The notes under the pieces: generated by a model | Databases searched by the model: none | Seen by the model: only the letters and a program-made list of their open reading frames with translations | What the model was told of the DNA's origin: nothing | Shown here: positions 1 to 8,168 of the stretch, in pieces | How the letters are laid out: every line of letters begins with the position of its first letter | Position numbering within the stretch: position 1 is the stretch's first letter | Made by a program: the position numbers and the translations under genes | Assembly (NCBI GenBank): GCA_016936235.1 | Contig: JAFGPK010000020.1 | Coordinates: 8,413 to 72,412, forward strand | Reading direction: 5' to 3' | From: Candidatus Fermentibacteraceae bacterium | Lineage (GTDB): Bacteria > Fermentibacterota > Fermentibacteria > Fermentibacterales > JCC-6 | DNA: 64,000 nucleotides

Positions 1-1
1 C

Positions 2-627
<626 letters not shown>

Positions 628-717
628 TCGCAGCCGCGGTATCATTCAGGGCGGCGCAGAAAGGGCGGCATGGGCTTGCTTATCGGGGCTTTCTGCCATG
701 CTCATGGCTCTGCTGAG

Positions 718-1257
718 CTATGAGCCAAGATAGCGGTCCCGCTCGCTGAATACGCATCCGCAGTAGGGCTGCCGGTACATGCCGGCTTCCCTTGATAGTC
801 TGATGGATTCTCTGTAGAGGTCCGTAAAATCCCTGTAGACGAACTCCACGCCGTGAAGCTCCCCCGCGGCGCCACCGGCCAGCCGGATCAGGGCCTGGTC
901 CTGGTAGGGACTGACTGAGAGAGTGGTTGAGAACCTGGGGATACCCAGCTGCGACGCCCTGGCGGCGGTTGCCGACAGCCGGTCCCGGAAACAGGCGCTG
1001 CACCTGTTCTCCGCATCAAGGAGCATTCTCAGGTTCTCCTCCAGAGGGTAGCCGGCATCCACATCCAGGGGGATTCCCCTGTCGGAGGCGTATTCGGAGA
1101 GGGCCGTCAGCCTCCTCTCCCTCTCCTTCCAGGGATGAATGTTGGGATTGTAGAAGTAGCCGGTAACAGTGAATCCCTCGCCGGACAGGGCCTCGTGCAC
1201 CACCGTCATGCATGGTCCGCAGCATACATGAAGCAGGAGACCCGCCGCGGGGTTCAC
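718..1257 (-). CDS. queH: epoxyqueuosine reductase QueH (DUF208)
   Basis: 179 aa with LLHVCCGPC near the N-terminus and YRQPYCGCVFSE near the C-terminus, the Cys signatures of DUF208/QueH. Its start overlaps the ruvB stop by 4 nt. Confidence 0.85.
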   Translation of the reverse strand: MNPAAGLLLHVCCGPCMTVVHEALSGEGFTVTGYFYNPNIHPWKERERRLTALSEYASDRGIPLDVDAGYPLEENLRMLLDAENRCSACFRDRLSATAARASQLGIPRFSTTLSVSPYQDQALIRLAGGAAGELHGVEFVYRDFTDLYRESIRLSREAGMYRQPYCGCVFSERDRYLGS

Positions 1258-2285
1258 AGGGGCAGCTCCTCCTGGCCCGTGGGTCTGAGCCCCAGATGCC
1301 TGCAGGCCTTGGCAGTGCTCATCCTTCCCCGGCTGGTCCGGTTCAGGAAGCCTGATATGAGAAGGTAAGGTTCGACTACGTCTATCAGAGTATCCTGCTC
1401 CTCGTTCAGCGTCGCGGCCAGGGCCGCGACCCCCACCGGTCCACCCGCATACTGGTCGATTATCACCCTGAGGTACTTCCTGTCCAGCCCGTCCAGCCCA
1501 GCCTCGTCGACCCCGTGTATGTCCATGGCCTCCACCGCCACGTCCTCGGTGACCGTCTCCCTGCCCTCCACCTGGGCGAAATCGCGGACCCTCTTAAGAA
1601 GTCTGTTGCATATCCTGGGGGTGCCCCTGGAGCGAAGGGCTATGGTCTCGGCGCCCCCGCTGGTTATGCTCAGCTTCAGGATACCCGCGGATCTCCTGAT
1701 GATCTCGGCCAGCTCATTGGTCTTGTAGAACTGCATGTGAAGGGAGAGCCCGAATCTGTTCCTGAGGGGGCCCGTGATGAGCCCGGCCCTGGTTGTGGCG
1801 CCTATGACGGTGAATTCCGAAAGGTCCAGCCTCACGGTCCTTGCGTGGGGACCCGGATCGAGCACTATGTCGATCTGGAAATCCTCCATTGCAGGGTACA
1901 GGTACTCCTCCACGATCCTGGGCAGCCTGTGGATCTCGTCGATGAAAAGCACATCACCCTGCTGGAGGTTGGTAAGTATGCCCACCAGGTCCGCGGCCCT
2001 CTCGAGGGCCGGGCCGGAAGAGCAGACAAGACCTGCGTTCATCTCGTTCGACACAATATGGGCAAGCGTGGTCTTTCCAAGACCCGGAGGACCATGGAAC
2101 AGGATGTGGTCCAGAGGCTCTCCCCTTCCGAGGGCCGCCTTTATCGTAATGGCCAGTTTCTGGACGACGGTTTCCTGCCCTATGTACTCGGACAGCAGCC
2201 TGGGCCTCAGGGAGGCGAGGGTGCTCTCCTCGGCAGTCTCCTCAGGCCCCAGCACATCCCCTGAGATCATCGATTCCCTGCTCAA
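1254..2285 (-). CDS. ruvB: Holliday junction branch migration ATPase RuvB
   Basis: 343 aa. Walker A GPPGLGKTTLA and Walker B LFIDEIHRL. Overlaps the ruvA stop by 4 nt. Confidence 0.97.
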   Translation of the reverse strand: MSRESMISGDVLGPEETAEESTLASLRPRLLSEYIGQETVVQKLAITIKAALGRGEPLDHILFHGPPGLGKTTLAHIVSNEMNAGLVCSSGPALERAADLVGILTNLQQGDVLFIDEIHRLPRIVEEYLYPAMEDFQIDIVLDPGPHARTVRLDLSEFTVIGATTRAGLITGPLRNRFGLSLHMQFYKTNELAEIIRRSAGILKLSITSGGAETIALRSRGTPRICNRLLKRVRDFAQVEGRETVTEDVAVEAMDIHGVDEAGLDGLDRKYLRVIIDQYAGGPVGVAALAATLNEEQDTLIDVVEPYLLISGFLNRTSRGRMSTAKACRHLGLRPTGQEELPL

Positions 2286-2881
2286 TTACCGCTCCTGATC
2301 CTCATGGCCCGTTTGACCACTTCGGAGGTCCCGGCATTCTCCTCCAGCTGGCCGCACGCCTGGTCTATGAGACGGTCGGCTTCCCCCAGCGGCACCCCGA
2401 GCTGCCGCAGTACCGCCCTGGCCTCGCTCCTTGGTCCGTCGGCGGTGCCCGAGGTGCCCGCCTCACCGTACATGTTCCTCATCTGCTCCTGCAGACCGGC
2501 GACGATCTGCCTTGCCCTCTTGCTGCCTATGCCTGGAAGGGTTGTAAGGTACTCGCAATCCTCCGACGCGATTGCCGAGGCTATCCTGTCCGGAGGCTGC
2601 TCCAGCGCCTTGACAGCTGCCCGGACCCCCACTCCCGAGACTGAGATGAACTTCTCGAAGAACTCCCTGTCCTTCTCATCGGGAAAACCAACCAGCAGAG
2701 GGACAACCCTGTTTCCCTCCATCTGGAGATGCAGGTAGACGGGCATATCCAGGTGCATCCCGGGAGACACTCTCCTGAGGAAATAACCCGGCGCCAGCAC
2801 GCTGACGACAACGGGCCCACACCTTATCAGCACGGCCGATTCAGCCGTTCTCTCTACCGAGCCCCTTATACTTTCTATCAT
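2282..2881 (-). CDS. ruvA: Holliday junction DNA-binding protein RuvA
   Basis: 199 aa. Starts MIESIRGSV and has the helix-hairpin-helix motif LTTLPGIGSKRARQIV. Lies between ruvC and ruvB. Confidence 0.9.
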   Translation of the reverse strand: MIESIRGSVERTAESAVLIRCGPVVVSVLAPGYFLRRVSPGMHLDMPVYLHLQMEGNRVVPLLVGFPDEKDREFFEKFISVSGVGVRAAVKALEQPPDRIASAIASEDCEYLTTLPGIGSKRARQIVAGLQEQMRNMYGEAGTSGTADGPRSEARAVLRQLGVPLGEADRLIDQACGQLEENAGTSEVVKRAMRIRSGN

Positions 2882-3371
2882 TCCTGTCGCTTTCGTACGC
2901 CGCTATCGCAATGGCCAGCGCATCTGTCACATCATCCGGTTTTATCTCGACGGTTATTCCAAGAAGGTGCCTGACCATGCCTGATACCTGTTCCTTGCTG
3001 GCTCTCCCGTTCCCGGTGACCAGCTTCTTTATCCTGGTTGACGGAAGCGGTACCTGGCGCACGTTCCGCTGCACCGCCGCCAGGCAGAGCACTCCCCTGG
3101 CGTGGGCCATCTTGATGGCCGTCATGGGGTGACTGTAGTGGGCGTAGAGCTTCTCGATCCCCATGGCGCACGGCATGTACCTGTCGATTATCTCCACAAT
3201 GCCCTGGAACAGCTCATCGAGCCTCTCAGGAAGAGGATCGCCTGCCGACGACCGGATGACACCTGCGTCAATGAGATCGATGGTCCCTGGCCGGAAGCGA
3301 AGCACCCCGTAGCCCGTGGTTCCCAGCCCCGGGTCGATCCCCAGGTAAACGGACTCGGGAACCGCAGGCAA
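2841..3371 (-). CDS. ruvC: crossover junction endodeoxyribonuclease RuvC
   Basis: 176 aa. N-terminus YLGIDPGLGTTGYGVL with the catalytic Asp, and C-terminal DVTDALAIAI motif. The 3' end overlaps the ruvA start by 41 nt. Confidence 0.9.
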   Translation of the reverse strand: MPAVPESVYLGIDPGLGTTGYGVLRFRPGTIDLIDAGVIRSSAGDPLPERLDELFQGIVEIIDRYMPCAMGIEKLYAHYSHPMTAIKMAHARGVLCLAAVQRNVRQVPLPSTRIKKLVTGNGRASKEQVSGMVRHLLGITVEIKPDDVTDALAIAIAAYESDRNDRKYKGLGRENG

Positions 3372-4100
3372 TTATTCTTCCTGCATCTCGAAATTCGTGT
3401 GAATGGCCTGAACGTCGTCGCTTTCCTCCAGCGCCTCGAGGAGTTCAATGGTCTTTTCCGCCTCCCTGGAGCTCAGTGTTATGTAATTCTCAGGTTCCTT
3501 CGTCACCTCGGCGCTGTCGGGCACCACTCCGTTCTCCACAAGGGCTTTCATAACATCGAAAACGTCCGACGGCATAGTGGAGGCCACTATAAGGTCATCC
3601 ATCTTCTGGACATCCTCCAGGCCGGCGTCCAGTCCCGCCTCGAGGACCTGCTCCTCGCTGTACTTCGTGCCGTCGATGGTTATCTTGCCCACTCTGTTGA
3701 ACATGTAGGCCACGCTGTTCCTGGATCCCAGATGCCCTCCGTGCTTGGAGAGCAGGTGCCTTACATCAGCCGCGGTCCTGTTCTTGTTGTCGGTCAGCAC
3801 TTCGATGATTATGGCGACTCCCCCCGGACCGTAGGCCTCGTAGATTATCTCTTCGTAGCTTATGCCCTCCAGTTCACCGGTACCCCGTTTGATCGCCCTC
3901 TCTATGTTGTCCGAGGGCATGTTCTGGGACTTCGCCGTCTCCACTGCGACACGAAGCCGGGAATTGGATTCCAGGTCGCCACCACCTTCACGGGCGGCAA
4001 CGGAGATCTCCTTCACCAGCCTGCTGAATACCTTTCCCCTGGCTGCATCGGCTTTCTGCTTCTTGTGCTTGATGCTGCTCCACTTGTTATGTCCTGACAT
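3372..4100 (-). CDS. yebC: YebC/PmpR family DNA-binding transcriptional regulator
   Basis: 242 aa. MSGHNKWSSIKHKK... start and overall YebC (DUF28) pattern. Abuts the ruvC start with zero gap, a common arrangement. Confidence 0.92.
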   Translation of the reverse strand: MSGHNKWSSIKHKKQKADAARGKVFSRLVKEISVAAREGGGDLESNSRLRVAVETAKSQNMPSDNIERAIKRGTGELEGISYEEIIYEAYGPGGVAIIIEVLTDNKNRTAADVRHLLSKHGGHLGSRNSVAYMFNRVGKITIDGTKYSEEQVLEAGLDAGLEDVQKMDDLIVASTMPSDVFDVMKALVENGVVPDSAEVTKEPENYITLSSREAEKTIELLEALEESDDVQAIHTNFEMQEE

Positions 4101-4242
4101 TCATAGCTCCTGTTCAGTGAAACCCGTTCAAGGTGTATCTCTTGATCATGAACAATAGTATCGGTCATCCTTCAGTCAAGAACACTACCCCGCGATCCAG
4201 TTCCGCCGGGGGGCTTGCGGATGCCGGTCCGCGGATGATCCC

Positions 4243-4935
4243 TCAGCGCGGCCCGACGCTGCGCAGTATCTCATCGGAATCCCTCACGGCCGATAGAGGG
4301 AGTCCGATATCCGAGCCGTTTATCCTGAAGACATGCTCCTCCGGCATGCAGCCGATGGCGTAGACATCAGCGGACACCACCTGGATGTCCAGGTCGACAC
4401 AGGCCAGGAAATCGTTCCGGTTTACTTCCACTCCCACTGCCACTCCCCTGGCCAGGGCTTTCGCATCGGAAAGGTTCACGGAACCGCCTACCACCTTGAG
4501 CGGGATTCCGTGCTCCATCTTATCGGGAAGGAAGTTCTCCCTGTGCATCCTTACCCCTGTGGATAGAACAAGGCTGGTGGAAAAGGCAGGGAAGATGAAC
4601 CTGTCCCTCCTGGTCTCCGGTTCGTTTTCGGAGAGCCCCCTCTCCCTTCCCGAATACTCCCTGAAGCCTTCCACGATGGAGGAGCTGGATTCCCTGCGGG
4701 AAATCCTCTGATATACGGATACGGTGACATCAACCTTCCAGAAAGGCAGGAACAGGGTTCCAGGTCCTCCAGGTCGCAGGAACTCGATCCGCACCGGACT
4801 GAACCCTTCCCCGAACAACCAGCATCTCCCGCAGTTTCCGCAGTAGAATATCACGTCGCCGGAAAGACCATCAAGGTCGTCGCCGCAGTTCCTGCACCTG
4901 AGCGGTATCAGGACCGGGTCATCAGTATACGACAT
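4243..4935 (-). CDS. zinc-ribbon protein of unknown function, paralogue 3 (soluble)
   Basis: 230 aa. CRNCG-x14-CGNC ribbon at residues ~14-35, then LFLPFWKV motif. No TM segment. ATG overlaps the upstream gene by 14 nt. Confidence 0.6.
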   Translation of the reverse strand: MSYTDDPVLIPLRCRNCGDDLDGLSGDVIFYCGNCGRCWLFGEGFSPVRIEFLRPGGPGTLFLPFWKVDVTVSVYQRISRRESSSSIVEGFREYSGRERGLSENEPETRRDRFIFPAFSTSLVLSTGVRMHRENFLPDKMEHGIPLKVVGGSVNLSDAKALARGVAVGVEVNRNDFLACVDLDIQVVSADVYAIGCMPEEHVFRINGSDIGLPLSAVRDSDEILRSVGPR

Positions 4936-5998
4936 GGTCGCCCCCCTTGCCTTCCATGCCCCTGAGTATCCCTATGAGCCGCCAGGTTCCGAAGGCAAGA
5001 GCGGCCAGGATGAGCAGGAAAACGGGCAGACAGCTTGACCGGGACCCGAAAGAACCGGTTATGTTGAGCTTCCCTCCTATGATTGCATCGAAGGAGAATG
5101 GGAGTACGCCTGCCCAGAAGAGACCCGCAGCAATCGTGATTATCCTCCGGTCACTGCCGGAGGCCGGGAACCGGCCCCTGAGAACGTCGCCGGAACGACC
5201 GTCCACCACGACCTGATAGGAACTTCCGTCACATCTGAAGTCTGTGAGCCACAGAGGGTAGTACACAAGCGCGTCCCGGTATCCCGATATCACGGAGAAT
5301 TCCCATTTCTCCTCCAGGCCGAACCCGACCCCCGACCCCAGTCTCCGTAGATACCTGGCCGTGTGGTCACGGGCCTCCGCCATCGTAACCACGGGATCCA
5401 CGAAGGTGCCTTCCCTCTCCGTCTCATCCTTCAGTATCTCCAGCCCATCGGGAAGGGAATTCCTCTGTATGGCCAGACCCTGGATCGACATCTGGGAATC
5501 TGCTGAAAGTGTGGGAATGCCAAGAGGCTCCAGGTCCGCGCCGCTGATGTTCACGCTGCCGGACAGCTGTATCTCCCTCTCCACCGCCTCGCCGCCGGTC
5601 CTGGTCTTTATCCTTTTTATCACCGTCACAGCATATCCCCCGGATGACTGGCTCTCACAGTCTATTACGGGAATCTCCTTCTCCTCGTATACAGGTTCCA
5701 CGCCAAGGACGTAGCCGTTGACCTGGGCGTTGCAGTGCCAGAATGGAACGTAGTAGAGGGTGGGCCGGCTGACCCTCGCCCTTTCGACGCCGCGGGGATT
5801 CTTGCTTTCAAGTTCCCTCCTCACCGCCCTCAGCACATCCACAGTGGATACGGAGGCGGGAAGAACGTACTTCCTGACTGCATTCGAGAGAACCAGGCTC
5901 GAGGAGCAGCTTGGACAGACCGTATGGGTGTCGCCTTCCCGGATCTCGAGAGGTCCAGCGCACGAGGGGCATTTCAGGGCTACCGTCACCCTGCCCAT
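4922..5998 (-). CDS. zinc-ribbon membrane protein of unknown function, paralogue 2
   Basis: 358 aa. CPSC-x14-CPSC ribbon, LYYVPFWH motif, later YYPLW...VVVDGRSGDVL, and two C-terminal hydrophobic helices. ATG shares 1 nt with the stop of paralogue 1. Confidence 0.65.
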   Translation of the reverse strand: MGRVTVALKCPSCAGPLEIREGDTHTVCPSCSSSLVLSNAVRKYVLPASVSTVDVLRAVRRELESKNPRGVERARVSRPTLYYVPFWHCNAQVNGYVLGVEPVYEEKEIPVIDCESQSSGGYAVTVIKRIKTRTGGEAVEREIQLSGSVNISGADLEPLGIPTLSADSQMSIQGLAIQRNSLPDGLEILKDETEREGTFVDPVVTMAEARDHTARYLRRLGSGVGFGLEEKWEFSVISGYRDALVYYPLWLTDFRCDGSSYQVVVDGRSGDVLRGRFPASGSDRRIITIAAGLFWAGVLPFSFDAIIGGKLNITGSFGSRSSCLPVFLLILAALAFGTWRLIGILRGMEGKGGDHVVY

Positions 5999-6690
5999 CA
6001 GTTCTTCCCCCGTGTCTTGAAGAAGAAGAACGCAACAACCACCAGAATCGCGGAGCCGTAGGACCAGATCTTGTGGATCCAGGAGAAATCAAGACTGATG
6101 CTCAGCAGGTAGAGAGGAACAGAGACAGCCAGGCCAATGAGCAGGGTCTTGAGGAACAGCTTTCCAAGCTCATCCCCGGCTTCGGAATTCATACTCTCCA
6201 TCGGAGGCTCGGTGAGCATCTTGCCGGATACGCCGTCGACAAGGACACCCTCTCCGTAGCCCTGCAGTTTCAGCATGACCACGAAGAAGGGGTGCAGGAC
6301 CAGCCTTCCCCCGATCTGGTCGACCAGTTCCCTGTCTATGGGAATTATCTCTCCAGGCTCGGCCATGCTCTCGTCGAAGACCTTTCTGTCCCCCGCCGGT
6401 GGACGGTAGGAATCCAGCTCCTGCCATGGCTGGCTGAAACATGGGATCAGTTCCCTGGATGAGGAATCGCCGGTTTCCAGAAAGGGGAAATACTTTCTCT
6501 CCATGGACATGACCATCCCTGGAGGAAAGAGTCTCTGAACGTACTCCTCAGAGACGGCGGTGCCGACCATGGCCGGCGTGCCTGCGGGAGTGCAGACCAT
6601 TATCCTCGCGTCGCAGTAGGGGCACCTGAGAAAGAGGTCGCTCTCCATCACTAGCTGTTCCGAGCCGCACTGGGAGCAGTTCACCTTCAT
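5998..6690 (-). CDS. zinc-ribbon membrane protein of unknown function, paralogue 1
   Basis: 230 aa. CSQCG-x14-CPYC ribbon, KYFPFLE motif, HPFF...VLVDGVSGKML, and two C-terminal TM helices. ATGA overlap with the upstream kinase-like gene. Confidence 0.65.
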   Translation of the reverse strand: MKVNCSQCGSEQLVMESDLFLRCPYCDARIMVCTPAGTPAMVGTAVSEEYVQRLFPPGMVMSMERKYFPFLETGDSSSRELIPCFSQPWQELDSYRPPAGDRKVFDESMAEPGEIIPIDRELVDQIGGRLVLHPFFVVMLKLQGYGEGVLVDGVSGKMLTEPPMESMNSEAGDELGKLFLKTLLIGLAVSVPLYLLSISLDFSWIHKIWSYGSAILVVVAFFFFKTRGKN

Positions 6691-8153
6691 TCCGAAACCC
6701 CTCCGGAACAGGAGATGCTTCTCTTCCAGGCCAGCCGGACCACGGCCGATGCAACGGTATCGAGCTTAACGGGAAGACCGACAAAGACCACACGGGGACC
6801 GCTGTCGGAAGGGGACCTGAGGGATTCGTCGACCAGAACGACGGATCCGTTCACCGGCGATCCCGGGCCTTCCCAGCTCTCCCCCTCGAACATGTAGTGG
6901 TCGTAATCGGTAACGACCAGCAGGCAGCCGGTGGAACCGGGCTCCCCGTCAACCTCGCATCCGATGGAGTGCAGTATTCCAGCGATCTCTTCTCTCATGG
7001 TCCCTTCGATGCCCTTTATCATGACCGCGGGTACCGCATCACCCTCTGTCTCGCTCTCTATCCCTTCCGCGGCGGGAAGGTACACGGTGAATACCGAACC
7101 CCGTCCAAGCTCTGAATCCACAGTCACATAGCCCCCGCATCCGTTGACTATGGAATATACGGCTGACAGGCCCAGCCCGTACCTGTTCCTGCCGGTGGAG
7201 AAGAAGGGATCGAAGATCCTTGTCAGATCATCGTCCGGTATTCCTGACCCGTTGTCCGATACGGTTATCATTACATAGTCACCTCCGGAGACCTGAGGCG
7301 TGTCGTTCCTAAGCAGAACTCTGCAAGCGGTGAGGGTCACCCTTCCCCCGTCTCCCGCAGCCTGTCCGGCATTCATGAGCAGGTTCACCAGCACCTGTTC
7401 GAACAGTCCCACGGGAATTCCCGCAAAACCCGTCCGGTCAGGGTAGGCCAGCTCCAGTTCCACATCGGGGTACGCGGACGCGAACATCATTGAAGAGGAC
7501 CGGATAACCTTGCCCGACTGACACACATCTGCCTTCCCGGAACTCCCGGGGTCAGCGGTCAGGCTCGTTATCATTCCGCTTATCCTGCCGATCAGCTTCC
7601 TGGATTCCCTTACATGGCGCAGGACGGCGCCCCTGTCCCCGTGCTCACGGCTTATGCCCGACAGCCTGGCGAGGAGGACCGTGAGAAGATCATTGACATT
7701 CCCGGCTATCCCACGGGCCAGGACCTTCATGGCGTCCGATTTCTGGCTGTTGCGAAGTGAGCGGTCGAGCAGCCATCTGGCGCTTACATCCCTGAAGACG
7801 ACGCCTTCGATGGAATCAGCGTTCCTGTCTCCACCGCGGGACAGGAATACGGTGCCGCTCACCAGCACATCGTCACCGCCTGATGGAACGAGGACCGTCG
7901 CTCCCGGGAAATGGAAGAAACCGTCCTTCCTCAGCACTTCATCCATCCCCTCGTACATAGGTCTGCGGGTGTTCCTCTCCACCAGAGTACAGACTTCCCA
8001 AAGATCTTTGCCCAGGTCTTTTCCGGCACTCCTGCCCGTAAGACGCTCAGCCTCGGGATTCATGTAGGATACCATTCCATCGCCGTCCGCCAGGACAACG
8101 GCGTCCGACACCGCATCCAGGATGGTGGTGATATCCCGGAAGCCGTCCATCAT
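6687..8153 (-). CDS. PAS-domain sensor histidine-kinase homologue with degenerate H-box
   Basis: 488 aa. N-terminal PAS (ILDAVSDAVVLADGDGMVSYMNPEAERLTG). HATPase_c N box VNLLMNAGQA, G1 DNGSGI, F IFDPFF and G2 GLGLS are all present. The H-box reads LARGIAGNVNDLLT where this subfamily normally has LAGGIAHDFNNLLT. Confidence 0.85.
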   Translation of the reverse strand: MMDGFRDITTILDAVSDAVVLADGDGMVSYMNPEAERLTGRSAGKDLGKDLWEVCTLVERNTRRPMYEGMDEVLRKDGFFHFPGATVLVPSGGDDVLVSGTVFLSRGGDRNADSIEGVVFRDVSARWLLDRSLRNSQKSDAMKVLARGIAGNVNDLLTVLLARLSGISREHGDRGAVLRHVRESRKLIGRISGMITSLTADPGSSGKADVCQSGKVIRSSSMMFASAYPDVELELAYPDRTGFAGIPVGLFEQVLVNLLMNAGQAAGDGGRVTLTACRVLLRNDTPQVSGGDYVMITVSDNGSGIPDDDLTRIFDPFFSTGRNRYGLGLSAVYSIVNGCGGYVTVDSELGRGSVFTVYLPAAEGIESETEGDAVPAVMIKGIEGTMREEIAGILHSIGCEVDGEPGSTGCLLVVTDYDHYMFEGESWEGPGSPVNGSVVLVDESLRSPSDSGPRVVFVGLPVKLDTVASAVVRLAWKRSISCSGGVSE

Positions 8154-8168
8154 GCGATCGCGGATCCT

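Noticed and set aside
656-696. Hairpin gcagaaag...ctttctgc between the convergent pyrI and queH as a terminator
   Set aside because: Only an 8-bp stem with a 25-nt loop and no U-tract. Too weak to annotate.
3102-4097. 331-aa plus-strand ORF
   Set aside because: Lies entirely antisense to the well-supported ruvC and yebC genes. It has no recognisable motifs and an Arg/Gly/His/Pro-rich composition typical of shadow ORFs in GC-rich DNA.
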